Source of the DNA: Chiloscyllium plagiosum
Lineage: Eukaryota
DNA: 45,620 bases
Direction of reading: 5' to 3'
Assembly: GCF_004010195.1 (NCBI RefSeq)
Contig: NW_025214539.1
Span: forward strand, 1 to 45,620
Positions 11,760-23,850 of the stretch are shown here, piece after piece. Position 1 is the stretch's first letter, and the number at the start of each line of letters is the position of its first letter. The notes under the pieces are model-generated. The model was not told where the DNA came from, searched no databases, and saw only the letters and a list, made by a program, of their open reading frames with translations. The position numbers and the translations under genes are program-made.

Positions 11760-11968
11760 GACTCTCTTGCAATCTCGGGGTGACGTCGACGGGGCTGTGT
11801 CACACTTTACAGCAGGTTTTGGTCACGGGAAGGGGGAGGGTAAGGCGTTGGTGTGGCAGCGCGCCCCTTTCCCGACGGCAAGTCCCGACACCTTCCCAGA
11901 TGCTCCTCCTCCACTTCGGACGGTTTTGGGCCGGTGATTCCCAGGTGTCGGCGGGAATGCCGCACACG
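11760..11968 (-). mobile_element. RTE-clade LINE 3' fragment
   Basis: The minus strand encodes CGIPADTWESPAQNRPKWRRSIWEG, matching the RTE ORF C-terminal 'WE-LA-DR--WR' motif. Confidence 0.7.
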
Positions 11969-12774
11969 CATAGCTGAGTGTTGGTGGTTTACACCTCAGG
12001 CAAGGGGAAGCGTTGAGAAGGTGAGGCCTTCCTGCTCACCTCAGGCAGTGCAGGAAATGAACCCACGCTGTGGGTGGTGCTCAGTATTGCAAACCAGCTA
12101 ACTGGGCCAAAGGACCATCACTCAACCCCTAAGGGGACTGCCTATTAAATCAGGCACTCAAGGACTGTACAAATTGCACTAATGCTGCCGATTCAAGACG
12201 TGGATTAATTAACTATGGACTCAGATTAAAACCTAACAATACAGGGACCTCAATTTGTCTAAAACTGTTTATTCATGATCTTATTTATATGAGGGAGTCG
12301 CCCCTTTTAAACGTCATGTCATGATTTGCTATTTTTCACAGGATTTGAAAGTAATTAAATTCTTCTCTTTTTGCCCAAGCAAGTCTTGTGATTGGCTCTT
12401 TAATTTTGATCCAGTGCTACTTTTCAATGGAAGTGTGATATAACGACATGCGAAACAACAATTAAACATCTTTGCTGTGTCCCACGAAAGGTTGTTGGAA
12501 AGAAGAGAGAAAATTCAGGCCTCCACACTAGTCATAATATCTCAAGTAACTCAACAGCATGGGGGTTTGACAACCCCCCCCCCCCCCCCTCCCCCACCAC
12601 CCCCCTTCCAGAATCCACTATTCTTTGTTGAATTTATAGTTTCTATTTGCTTTTCTGTAACATCTTTGAGAAAAGGTTCAATTTTCTTTACTACCACGAA
12701 AGAGTAAAAATAAAGTTGCGATAGCTCTGCATTCTCATTAGAGAGAGAGAGAGAAAGACATTCTCAGCTGAGAG

Positions 12775-13080
12775 AGGTTGGCATGGTAGCAGAGTGGTTA
12801 GCTCTGCTACCTCACAGCACCAGGGACTTGGGTTTGATTCCACCCTCGGGCGGCTGTCAGTGTGGAGTTTGCACATTCTCCCCGTGTCGATGTGGGTTTG
12901 CTCTGGTTTCCTCCCACAGTCCAAAGATGTGCAGGTTAAGGTGGATTGGCCATGGGAAATTGTCCAGGGATATGCAGGCTGGAGGATTAGCTCTGGGGAT
13001 AGGGTAGGGGTTTGGGAGGGATGTTCTTCAGAGGGTCAGGCTTGGTGGGCTAGTTGTGACCTCATCCTGCACTGTAGATT
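12775..13080 (+). mobile_element. HE1-like SINE (diverged)
   Basis: tRNA-like head plus central GTGTGGAGTTTGCACATTCTCCCCGTG...TTTCCTCCCACAGTCCAAAGATGTGCAGG. Confidence 0.85.
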
Positions 13081-13249
13081 TTTAACTGGTGGTGGTTTAA
13101 CATGGTGAGGGGAGAGGTTGAGAAGGAGAATCCTTCATGGAATCTCAGCCAGTGCAAAAAATGAACCAATACTGTACGCAGGCATGCAACTGATTATGCT
13201 GCCACTATCATAAAGCTATACTCAACTGTATTGTACTCTAACACAATTT

Positions 13250-13567
13250 GGGCGGCACGGTGGCACAGTGGTTAGCACTGCTGCCTCACAGCGCCAGAGA
13301 CCCGGGTTCAATTCCTGCCTCAGGCGACTGACTGTGTGGAGTTTGCATGTTCTCCCCGTGTCTGCGTGGGTTTCCTCCGGGTGCTCCGGTTTCCTCCCAC
13401 AGTCCAAAGATGTGCAGGTCAGGTGAATTGGCCATACTAAAGTTGCCCGTAGTGTTAGGTAAGGGGTACATGTAGGGGTATGGGTGGGTTGCGCTTCGGC
13501 GGGGCGGTGTGGACTTGTTGGGCCGAAGGGCCTGTTTCCACACTGTAAGTAATCTAATCTAATCTAA
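13250..13567 (+). mobile_element. Full-length, young HE1-like V-SINE
   Basis: A box TGGCACAGTGG, B box GGTTCAATTCC, central V domain, CR1-like 3' end GGCCGAAGGGCCTGTTTCC, (TAATC)n tail, AATTTG on both flanks, CpGs retained. Confidence 0.93.
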
Positions 13568-13589
13568 TTTGCAACCTCATGGTCCATCA

Positions 13590-15465
13590 TAACACCTCAC
13601 TCAACCACTACCAGCAAGCTAAGGAATCAACTCTGTTCGATGAGCAATGCAGGAACAGCACTGGGCTAAAGGTGAGGCACCAACATGGTGAAACAGACTT
13701 ACTTGTGAGCCCAATCAGCATTGGCAGCAAGTGATAGTCAAGGTTAAACAAATCCACAACCATCGGATCAGATCTAAGCTCAGTAGTCCTGCCACATCCA
13801 ATCCTGAATGGATGGTGGGCAATTAAACAACTCGCTGGAGGAAGAAGATCCACCAATATCCTCATCCTCAAGGATGGAAGATCCCAGCAGATCAGTGCAA
13901 ATAAAATGGCGAAACATTCAAAACAATCTTCAGCCAGAAATGCCGAGTGGATGATCCATCCCTGCCCCCTCCAGAGGTCCTCAGCATCACTGCATGTGAT
14001 ATCAAAACTGGCTGATAATGCCGGTGTGAGCACAGGATGTGAGCCCTGAGAACATTCCGGCAATAGTACTGAAGACTTGTGCCCCAGAACTTGTTGCTCC
14101 CCTTGCCAAGCTCTTCCAGTGCAGCTACAAGACTAACACCTACCTGACAAGGTTGAATTGTGTCCAGATATGCATAAAGCAAGACAAATCCAACCCAGCC
14201 AATAACTGCCCAATCAGCCTACTCTCGATCATCAGTACGGTGATGGAAGGTGTCATCAACAGTGTTATCAAGCAGCACCTGCACAGCAATAACCTGCTCA
14301 GTGACGCCCAGTTCCACCAGGGCCACTTATCTGCAGCCTTGGTTCAGACATGGATTCCAGAGGGGAGGGGAGAGAGAGAGAGACAGTCCTTGACATCAAG
14401 GCTGTATTTGACCGAGTGTGGCATCAAGGAGCCCTAGCAAAACTGGAATCGAGGGGTATCGGGGGAAGACCCTCCACTGATTGGATTCATATCTGGCACA
14501 AAGGGAGATAATTATGCTTGTTAGAAGTCAGTCATCTCAGCTGCAGGAGTTCCTTGACCCAATCTTCTTCAGCTGCTTCATCAATGAGAGCTTCCTACCA
14601 TCATTAGGTCAGATATGAAGATCTTTGGTTGAGACTTGTACCATGCTCAGCACCATTCATGACTCCTCAGGTACTGAAGCAGTCCATGTTCATATGTAAC
14701 AAGACCTGAACAGTATCAAGGCTTACCAAGTGGCAGGTAACATTTGTGCCACACATATGGCAGGCAATGACTATTTCCAAAATAAAAACTCAGAATCTAG
14801 CTATCATCCCTTGACATTCAATGAAATTACCATCACTGAATGTGCCACTATCAACATCCTGCGTGTTAGCTTCGATCAAGGCATGAATGGAACTAATCGT
14901 ATAAATACTGGGGCTCCTGTAACAGGTCAGAGGTTAGAAATGTGCAGTGAGTAATTCACCCCCGACTCCCCAAAGCCTATCCGCCATCTGCAAGGCTCAA
15001 GTCAGGAGTGTGATGGAATACTCCCCACTCACCTGGATGGGTGCAGCTCCAACAACACTCAAGAAACTTGACACCATCCAGGACAACACTCAAGAAAATT
15101 GGCACCACATCCACAAACATCTACTCCTGCCACCACCAATGCTCAGTAGCAACAGTGTGTACCAACTAAAAGGTACACTGCAGAAATTCGCCTTCCAAAC
15201 CCATGACCTTTGCCATCTAGAAGGACAAAGGCAGCAGATACAGGGGAATACCACCACCTGTATGGTCCACACTCACCATCCTGACTTGGAAATGTATCAC
15301 TGTTCCTTCAGTGCAACTGGGTCAAAATACTGGAACTCCCTTCCTAAGGATCTACCTACATTATGTAGAGATTCAAGAAGACAGCTCACCACCACCTTCT
15401 CACGGGCAACTAGGGCTGGGCAATAAAATACTGGCCCAATCTGCAATGGTCACATCCTCTCAGTG
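13590..15465 (+). mobile_element. Degraded CR1/L2-group LINE (RT region through 3' end)
   Basis: Peptides PELVAPLAKLFQ, QDKSNPAN-CPISLLSIIS-VMEGVIN and KAQVRSVMEYSPL-WMGAAPTTLKKLDTIQ across frameshifts. 3' end GGCAACTAGGGCTGGGCAATAAA. Confidence 0.85.
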
Positions 15466-15861
15466 AAAACATTACTCTACCATTTATTTCCTTTCCTTTG
15501 ACATTAATTATTTTAATGTCTTTTTTACTTTCTTCAGGGGTCAGTGATAATGGTTTCCTGCATCTGAAACTGAAGGACCTCAGGAGTGTAATGGAATACT
15601 CCCTGCTTATCACAATTAGTGCAGTTGTAACAACATTCCAGGAGTTAAAGATTCCGAGGAATGAGTGAGAGGTGAGGCCATGGAAGGATTTGAAAGATGG
15701 AATGAGAATTTCACAATCCAACAGTGACTGGGACCCAATGTAGGTCAATACAAGGATCCACACATGACTGGGACACAGGCAGAAGAAGTTTGGGGATGCA
15801 CAAACCAATGGGTGAGGGGGGCAAGCATAGAATACGGTGAGATCAGCTGGAATATTTTCAA

Positions 15862-16288
15862 TAAGGCACCTCATCTTCCGCCTCGTGACCCTCCAACCCC
15901 ATGGTATTAAAGTGGACTTCACCACTTTCCTCATTTTCCCTCCCCCACCTTACCCCAGTTCCAACCTTCTAGCTCAGCACCATCCTAATGACCTGTCTCA
16001 CCTGTCCATCTTCCTTCCCACCTATCTGCTCCACCCTGCCCTCTGACCTATCACCTTCATCCGCACCTCCATCCACCTACTGCACTCTCAGCTACCTTCC
16101 CCCCCAGTCCCACCCCCTCCTCCCATTTATCTCTCCACCCCCGAGGCTCCCAGCCTCATTCCTGATAAAGGGCCTTTGCCCAAAACTTCAATTCTCCTGC
16201 TCCTCGGATGCTGCCTGACCTGCTGTGCTTTTCCAGCACTACACTCTTGACTCTAATCTACAGCATCTGCAATCCTCACTTTCACCTG
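15862..16288 (+). mobile_element. Penelope-like element 3' portion (GIY-YIG C-terminus, pyrimidine-rich UTR, family B terminus)
   Basis: HLIFRLVTLQPHGIKVDFT is a PLE endonuclease C-terminal motif. It is followed by CCTGATAAAGGGCCTTTGCCCAAAAC (decayed hammerhead) and the family B end. Confidence 0.8.
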
Positions 16289-16695
16289 GGGCTGTTTTCT
16301 CTGTCAGAGGCTGAGGGGTGACCTTATAGAGGTTTATAAAATCATGAGGGGCATGGATGGGATAAATAGCTAAGATCTTTCTCAGGGATAGTGGAGTGCT
16401 AGAACTAGACGGTATAGGTTTAAAGTTAGAGGGGAAAGATTTAAAAGGGACCTAAGGGGCAACGTTTTCACACAGAGGGTGGTGCGTGTATGGAATGAGC
16501 TGCCAGGGGAAGTGGTGGAGGCTGGTACAGTTACAACATTTAAAAGACATCTGGATGAGTATATGAATAGGAAGGGTTTAAACAGATATGGGCCAAGTGC
16601 TGGCAAATGGGACTAGATTAGGTTAGGATATCTGGTTGGCATGGATGAGTTGGACTGAAGGGTCAGTTCCCGTGCTGTACATCACTCTGGCTCTA
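16289..16695 (+). mobile_element. CR1-type LINE 3' fragment
   Basis: Highly similar to 6280-6670. Confidence 0.88.
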
Positions 16696-16854
16696 CTTTG
16701 GACGAGCTGAATCTTGAGTTAGTGTGAGTGAGAGCCACAGAAATTGGTGAAATGAAGCAGCAGTGAAGTGGGCTGAGACAGGGAACTGGCCTTTGTGACA
16801 AGGTGAAAATGTGGTCAGGAGCTGAATTCCAGATCTAGGTTACAAACAGAGCAG

Positions 16855-17060
16855 ACACAACAAATGCTGGAGATGACAGCAGGCCAGACAGTGTCTGTGG
16901 AGAGAGAGCAAGCTAATGTTTCCATTTTGGATGAAACAGACATTTACACTCAAAACGTTAGCTCGCTCTCTCTCTCTCTCTCTCCATGGATGCTGCCTGA
17001 CCCACTGTGATCTCCAGCATTTGTTGTTTTCAGAACAGATTCCAGCACCTGCAGTGGTTT
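16855..17060. mobile_element. Inverted-repeat PLE-like terminal fragment (family C)
   Basis: ACAACAAATGCTGGAGAT...AGCTAATGTTT is paired with AAACGTTAGCT...ATCTCCAGCATTTGTTGT. Confidence 0.6.
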
Positions 17061-17254
17061 GGCCTTACAAGCAGAAGTGGTCCACTCTGAGTTGTGATGG
17101 AGTGGCCTGGAGTCAAGAACTCAGCTGGTTAGGAGTAAGGACAAAGGGTTTGTCCTCCCATCTCATCCTGTGAGTTACTTTAAAAAGTAATGACAGAATA
17201 TTTTTGCAACATTCCAATGCAATCTGTGTGTTTATCCCATGTGCCCAATCATGG

Positions 17255-17660
17255 TGCTATCCCTGCTATACTCAATGGAGTTTAGAAGGATGAGGGGGAT
17301 CTCATTGAAACAGAGTGGATGTTGGGAAGATGTTTCCATTGGTAGGAGAGACTAGGACCCGAGGGCACAGCCTCAGAGTAAAGGGAAGACCTTTTAGAAT
17401 GGAGATAAGGAGAAACTTCTTCATCCAGAGAGTGGTGAATCTGTGGAATATCTTTGCCACAGAAGGCTGTGGAGGCCAGGTCATTGAGTATATTTAAGAT
17501 GGAGATAGATAGATTCCTGATTGTCCAGGGGACCAAGGGTTTCGGGGAGAAAGCAGGACAATGGGGTTGAGAAACTTATCAGTCATGATTGAATGGTGGA
17601 GCAGACTCAATGGGCTGAATGGCCTAATTTCTTCTCATGTGTTTGATGGTCTTCTGGTCT
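17255..17660 (+). mobile_element. CR1-type LINE 3' fragment (second subfamily)
   Basis: MFPLVGETRTRGHSLRVKGRPFRMEIRRNFF-QRVVNLWN. Confidence 0.88.
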
Positions 17661-17669
17661 ATGCTAGCA

Positions 17670-17773
17670 TTTATTTTAATGTTAATATGTCTGTAGAATA
17701 TATGACTATTTATTTTGACAGTTTATTTTAATGTTAATATGCCTGTAGAATATATGATTATTTATTTTGACAG
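17670..17773. repeat. 52-bp tandem duplication (2 copies)
   Basis: 17670-17721 and 17722-17773 differ at 2 positions. Confidence 0.9.
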
Positions 17774-18389
17774 TTCAGAAGGGATAATTTCAAAGAAGAA
17801 TTGAACTGCCTTCAGCAATTAATAATGAATTTTAATAAAATCTCAAAACTGGAAGCAAACACGCATAGAAAAGAGTGAGAACTACAGTGGATATGTATTT
17901 AATGCCAATTGGATCCATTTGCTACTGGTTTCTTCTATGTGGCTGTCTTGTTCCCACCTAATTATCTTCTTCTGTCTCTTTGTTTAATGCACGGTTGATC
18001 TACTCTTCATTCTTCACACAAATGACAGATTAATTACAAAGCTTGCTTCACCAGCTTTGCTGTTTCTTCATTTGCTGCTGAATTTCTTGATTTTTTTAAT
18101 CACCTCTCTTTGTCTGGCTGTTGTTCCATTCTGTTATGATAATTCCTTTTAAATCACTCATAAGGAACTAAACTTTGAGTCCAAAACAGCAGGATTGATC
18201 CTCACATCCTGACATTCAAAGGATAAGGGTTGCTACCTTATAAATATTGATGCTAACATACCAACAAAGGAGCAGAAGTAGACTATTTGCCCCCAGTGCC
18301 TGCTCCACCATTTAATTAGATCATGGATGGTCTGACGGCAAAATTTCTACCAATCTGCAAAAACATTTCATCATCTGTTCCTAAGTTTA

Positions 18390-18850
18390 TAAGACAAAGG
18401 AGAAGAATTAGGCTATTCGGCCCATTGAGTCTGCTCCACCATTTGACCATGGTTGATCTGCTCCTCACCCCCATTTTCCTGCCTTCTCCCCATATCCCTC
18501 CAACCCATTACCAATTAAACATCTGTCCAACTCCTCCTTAAATGTACTCACTGTCCCAGCATCCACCACACTTTGGGGCAGTGAATCCCACAGATCCACA
18601 ACCCTCTGGGAGAAGTAATTTCTCCTCAACTCTGTTTTAAATTTGCTGCCCCTTATCCTCTCTTCCCAGAATGCACCACAAGAGGAAGCATCTGCTCCAC
18701 ATCTATTTTATCCACACCTTTTATCATCTCGAATACCTCAATTTGATTTCCTATTATTCTTCTAAGTTCCAGAGAGTATAGGCCTAAACTGTTCAAGCTC
18801 TCTTCGTACGACAAACTCCTCATCTCTCGAATCAATCTAGTGAACCTCCT
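18390..18850 (-). mobile_element. CR1-type LINE 3' fragment
   Basis: Minus ORF LSYEESLNSLGLYSLELRRI-GN-IEVF plus CR1 3' UTR. Confidence 0.85.
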
Positions 18851-18954
18851 GGCTAATGACCACCATCATTTAAGTCACTCAGGCATCCCCAGGGTATAGC
18901 ATCACCATTCTCATGTTGTAGTTGCCCTAGAATGGTGGCTATGACATCACAAGA

Positions 18955-19345
18955 GAAGGGAGTCAAGCGTGTGGTGCTGAAAAAACACAGTAGGGCAGGC
19001 AGCATCTGAGGTGCAGGAGAGCCAATGGTTCGGCAGGAAGCCCTTCATCAGGAATGAGGCTTGTGGGGCAGGGGGAGGTTGAGAGATAAATGGGAGGGGA
19101 GTGGGGCTGGGGGCAAGGTAGCTGGGAATGTGATAGGCAGATGAAGGTGGGGATGGGGGTGATATGTCAGAGGGGAGGGTGAAGCAGATGGGTGGGAATG
19201 AAGGACGATGGCCAGGTATGACCATTCAAGGGGGCAGTGCTGATTTGGAGGCTTAAGACTAGAATAAGGCAGGGTGAAGGGGAAATGAGGAAGCTGGTGA
19301 AATCCACATTGATCCTGTGTGGTTGCAGGGTCCCACGGTAGAGGA
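18955..19345 (-). mobile_element. Penelope-like element 3' portion (family B)
   Basis: Reverse complement of 15870-16255. Minus-strand CCTGATGAAGGGCTTCCTGCCGAACC core. Confidence 0.8.
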
Positions 19346-19734
19346 AGGACCTTCACACTATTGCAACAATACTGATGCTAGCTCTTCCCATGAACTGATT
19401 CCCCTTCGCTCTCATCGTTCTCTTCTCAAGGTCCTCACTTTTAACTTGGAAATATAGGGAGCGATTTAGGGGGCAGGACGGGTTGTGCCTGGGGCACTAC
19501 TTCTGGGGTTAATCTCGGTGAAGTGCCTGGCTTGTGACTCCAGCCCATGGGTGGGTAAAGGGCTCTAACAGAGCTGGTAAGTGAGGAATGGGCAGAGGGT
19601 GAAGAGATGGAAAAGGGTACAGGAATGGTGAGGAGGGGGAGGGAGGTAGGTGTGCAGAGGGTGGGGAGAATCCTGCACTGAAATCGGTCTCCGCCCGCAT
19701 CCTGCCTTCACCCAAAGAGGGGGTGATCAAACAT

Positions 19735-19895
19735 AACCAATGACATAGGTAGGAGGAGCGCTGAGGATGTTAGGCAGGCTTTCAGGGAGCTAGGTTGGAA
19801 GCTCAAAGTTAGAACGAACAGAGTTGTTGTCTCTGGTTTGTTACCCGTGCCACGTGATAGAGAGTCGAGGAATAGGGAAAGAGAACAGTTAAATG
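19735..19895 (+). mobile_element. CR1 ORF1 esterase/SGNH-like domain fragment, cut by an N gap
   Basis: Encodes TNDIGRRSAEDVRQAFRELGWKLKVRTNRVVVSGLLPVPRDRESRNREREQLN (GTND-type block plus SGLLP motif). Confidence 0.75.
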
Positions 19896-19949
19896 NNNNN
19901 NNNNNNNNNNNNNNNNNNNNNNNNNNNNNNNNNNNNNNNNNNNNNNNNT

Positions 19950-20215
19950 TAATAATCTTATGTCTCAATCAGATCCCCTCTCAGTCTTCTAAACCCAAGG
20001 GTAAACACGCCCAGTCGCTCCAGTCTTTCAGTGTAAGGTAATCCCGCCATTCCAGGAATTGACCTCGTGAACCTACGCTGCACTCCCTCAATAGCCAGAA
20101 TGTCTTTCCTCAAATTTGGAGACCAGAACTGCACGCAGTACTCCAGGTGTGGTCTCACCAGGGCCCTGTACTGCTGCAGAAGAACCTCTTTGCTTCTATA
20201 CTCAATCCCTCTTGT
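19950..20215 (-). mobile_element. CR1 ORF2 C-terminal fragment
   Basis: [35 protein letters not shown]. Confidence 0.9.
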
Positions 20216-20234
20216 AAATAGGGTGTGGTGGAAG

Positions 20235-20805
20235 TAAAAAATATGAAAGAAGGTGTTCAAGCTCTGAAACTATTGAATGTGGCATTGAGTCCCAACTGCG
20301 AACAGGAAAATGAGGGGCTGTTTTTGCAGCTTGTTTTGAGCTTCACTGGAGCACTGCAGCAAGCCTGAGACAGAGATGATGGCCAAGGAACAGGGTGGGG
20401 TGTTAAAATGGCAGGCAGCTGGAAGCTAGGGTCATTTCTATGGACAGAATGTAGGTGTTGCAAAGTGGTCACCTGGTCTTTGCTTTGATCTCCACAGTGT
20501 AGGGGAAATCACATTGTGAGCAGCAAATCTACTCAACTATATTGAATGAAGTGCAGGTAATTCACTGTTTCACCTGGAAATTGTGTCAGGGGCCTCAAGA
20601 GTGAGGAGGGAGGAAGTAAATGGGCAGGTGTTACACCTTGTACAATGACATGGGATGGTATCGTTGGGTATGCAGAGGCATTAGGAGTGGAAGAGAAGCA
20701 TACCAAGAAGTCCCTGAGGGAATGGTCCCTGACAAGGGAGGGAAGGGGAATATATGTCTGGTGGTGGCATTCCTCCTTGATGAAATGATCCTCTGGACAT
20801 AGACA
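20235..20805 (-). mobile_element. Penelope-like element, degraded GIY-YIG endonuclease region
   Basis: Frameshifted minus-strand remnants: RCNTCPFTSSL, FTCTSFNIV, LQHLHSV, GLNATFNSFRA. Confidence 0.75.
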
Positions 20806-22330
20806 TTGATAGGATAGTGAGTGAGAACCAGGGGGACAGGTTACTGAGGGAAGTGAGAGAGGAAGTAGCTGGGACCTTAACAGATACCTTTGCAGCATCC
20901 TTGAACACGGCTGAGGTCCTGGAGGACTGGAAAGTTGCTAATGTTGACCCCTTGTTTAAGAAGGGTAGCAGGGATAATCCAGGTAATTATAAACCAGTGA
21001 GCCTGATGTCAGTGGTAGGGAAGCTGCTGGAGAAGATACTGAGGGGTAGAATCTATCCCCATTTGGAAGAAAATGGGCTTATCGGTGATAGGCAACATGG
21101 TTTTGTGCTGGGAAGGTCATGTCTTACCAACTTTAATAGAATTCTTTGAGGAAGTGGCAAAGTTGATTGATAAGGGAGGGGCAATAGATGTCATATACGT
21201 GGACTTCAGTAAAGCATTTGATAAGGTTCCCCGGTAGGCTGATGGAGAAGTTAGAGTCACATGGGGTCCAGGGTGTACTAGCTAGATGGATGCAAACCTG
21301 GCTGGACAGCAGGAGACAGAGAGTAGTGGTAGAAGGGGGTTTCTCAAAATGGAGACCTGTAACCAGTGGTGTTCCACAGGGACCCGTGCTGGGATCACTG
21401 TTGTTTGTGACATACATAAATGATCTAAAGGAAGGTAGAGATGGTCTGATTAGCAAGTTTGCAGATGACACTAAGATTGGTGGAGTAGCAGATAGTGAAG
21501 GGAACTGTCAGCCAATGCAGCAGAATATAGATAGATTGGAGAGTTGGGTAGAGAAATGGCAGGTGGAGTTCAACCCGGGCAAATGCGAGGTGATGCATTT
21601 TGGAAGATCCAATTCAAGAGCGAACTATACAGTAAATGGAAAAGCCCTGGGGAAAATTAATGTAGAGAGAGATCTGGGTGTTCAGGTCCATTGTACCCTG
21701 AAGGTGGCAACGCTGGTCAATAGAGTGGTCAAGAAGGCATACAGCATGCTTTCCTTCATCGGACGGAGTGTTGAGCACAAATTTGGCAGGTCATGTTACA
21801 GTTGTATAAGACTTTGGTTCGGCCGCGTTTGGAATACTGTGTACAGTTCTGGTCACCACATTACCAAGAGGATGTGGATGCTGTGGAGAGGGTGTAGAGG
21901 AGGTTCACCAGGATGGTGCCGGGTATGGAGGGTGCTAGCTATGAAGACACGGTGAGTAAATGAGGATTATTTTCATTACAAAGACAGAGGTTGAGGGGGG
22001 ATCTGATTGAGGTCTACAAAATCATGAAAAGTATAGACAGGGTGGATACAAGAAGCTTTTTCCCAGATTCAATTACTAGGAGTCATAAGTTCAAAGTGAG
22101 AGGAGAAAAGTTTAAGGGAGATATGCGTGGAAAGACCTTTACACAAAGGGTGGTGGGTGTCTGGAATGCGTTGCCAGCGGAGGTGGGAGAGGCGTGCATG
22201 ATAGTATTATTTAAGATATATTTGGACAGGTACATGAATGGGCAAGGAGCAGAGGGATACTGATCCTTGGATAAAAGGCAGCAGGTTTAGATAGAGGATC
22301 TGGATCGGTGCAGGCTTGGAGGGCCGAAGG
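20806..22330 (+). mobile_element. 5'-truncated CR1/HER1 LINE with RT domain (frameshifted), inserted in the PLE
   Basis: [51 protein letters not shown], then the 3' UTR ending GGGCCGAAGGG. Confidence 0.95.
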
Positions 22331-22480
22331 GAAAAGGTGGATATGTCTGAGGTCCCCTGTGGAAGGTGACGTCATCGGAACAAGAAGCGACTGAGATGAA
22401 GAAACTGGGAGAAGGAAAAGGGGTGTGAGGAAGTATAGTCGAGATAGCTGGGAGTCAATGGGTTTGTAACAATTGTTGAA
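22331..22480 (-). mobile_element. Penelope-like element RT C-terminal remnant (continuation of 20235-20805)
   Basis: The minus strand gives YKPIDS, YLDYTSSHP and FSQFLHLSRF across frames, typical PLE RT thumb motifs. Confidence 0.65.
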
Positions 22481-22501
22481 GAATTGCCTGACTGAATCTT
22501 T

Positions 22502-23318
22502 CAAGAACAAAGAACAAAGAACAAAGAAAATTACAGCACAGGAACAGGTCCTTCGGCCCTCCAATTCATTCCAGGCACCCACCACCATCTCCTTTAAACA
22601 TTTCCCCTCTCACTTTGAACTCATGACCCTGAGTAATTGAGTTCCCCACTCTGGGAAAAAGCTTCTTGATATCCATCCTATCTTTACTTCTCATGATTTT
22701 GTAGACCTCAATCAGGTCCCCCCTCAATCTTCAGCTTTCTAACGAAAATAATCTGAATCTCAACCTCTCCTCATAGCTAAGCGCCCTCCATACCAGGCAA
22801 CATCTTGGTGAACCTCCTCTGTACCCTCTCCAAAGCATCCACATCCTTCTGGCAATGTGGTGACCAGAGCTGTACACATTATTCCAAATGTGGCTGAACC
22901 AAAGTCTAGTACAACTGTAACATGACCTGCCAAATTTGTGCTCAACACTCCGTCTGATGAAGGAAAGCATGCTGTATGCCTTCTTGACCACTCTATTGTC
23001 CTGCGTTGTCACCTTCAGGGAACAATGGACCTGAACACCCAGATCTCTCTCTACATTAATTTTCCCCAGGGCTTTTCCATTTACTGTATAGTTCGCTCTT
23101 GAAGTAGATCTTCCAAAATGCATCACCTCGCATTTGCCCGGATTGAACTCCATCTGCCATTTCTCTGCCCAACTCTCCAATCTATCTATATTCTGCTGCA
23201 TTCTCTGACAATCCCTTTCACTATCGGCTACTCCACCAATCTTAGTGTCATCTGCAAACTTGCTAATCAGACCATCTATGCTTGCCTCCAGATCATTTAT
23301 GTATATCACAAACAACAT
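22502..23318 (-). mobile_element. CR1/HER1 LINE RT-to-3' copy, inverted relative to 21395-22190, with (TTCTTTG)n tail
   Basis: ORF 22731-23327 YINDL...[10 protein letters not shown] is near-identical to ORF 21188-21955. Tail AAGAACAAAGAACAAAGAACAAAG at 22503-22526. Confidence 0.93.
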
Positions 23319-23850
23319 TGTGTGCAATTCTGGTCTCCTACCTATTGGAAAGATGTTGTGAATCTTGAAAGGGTTCAGAAAAGATTTACAAGGATGTTGC
23401 CAGGGTTGGAGGATTTGAGCTACAGGGAGAGGCTGAACAGGCTGGGGCTGTTTTCCCTGGAGGATTGGAGGCTTAGGGGTGACCTTATAGAGGTTTGCAA
23501 AATTATGAGGTGCATGGATAGAGTAAATAGATAAAGTCTTTTCCCTCGAGTTGGGAGTCCAGAACTAGAGGGCATAGGTTTAGAGTGAGAGGGGAAAGAT
23601 TTAAAAGAGACCCAAGGGGCAACCTTTTCACACAGAGGGTGGTATGTGTATGGAATGAGCTGCCAGAGGAAGTAGTGGAGGCTGGTATAATTGCAACATT
23701 TAAAAGGCATTTGGATGGGTATATGAATAGGAAGGATTTGGAGGGATATGGACCGGGTGCTGGCAGGTGGGACTAGATTGGGTTGGGATATCTGGTTGGC
23801 ATGGACGGGTTGGACCAAAGGGTCTGGTTCTGTGCTATACATCTCTATGA
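23319..23850 (+). mobile_element. CR1-type LINE 3' fragment
   Basis: CVQFWSPTYWKDVVNLERVQKRFTRMLPGLEDLSYRERL plus 3' UTR; same subfamily as the intronic copy. Confidence 0.92.

Noticed and set aside
13250..13330. tRNA gene
   Set aside because: The A/B boxes belong to the SINE head, continue into the SINE body, and recur many times in the window.
17774..17878. Possible exon after the duplicated TTTTGACAG acceptor-like site (FRRDNFKEELNCLQQL...)
   Set aside because: Short, no recognisable homology, and no supporting partner exons.
19350..19734. Proline-rich minus-strand ORF as a retroviral gag fragment
   Set aside because: No diagnostic motif; the composition is explained by purine-rich low complexity.
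21188..21955. Functional or domesticated reverse transcriptase gene
   Set aside because: 5'-truncated, with frameshifts and stops on both sides; an ordinary decayed CR1.
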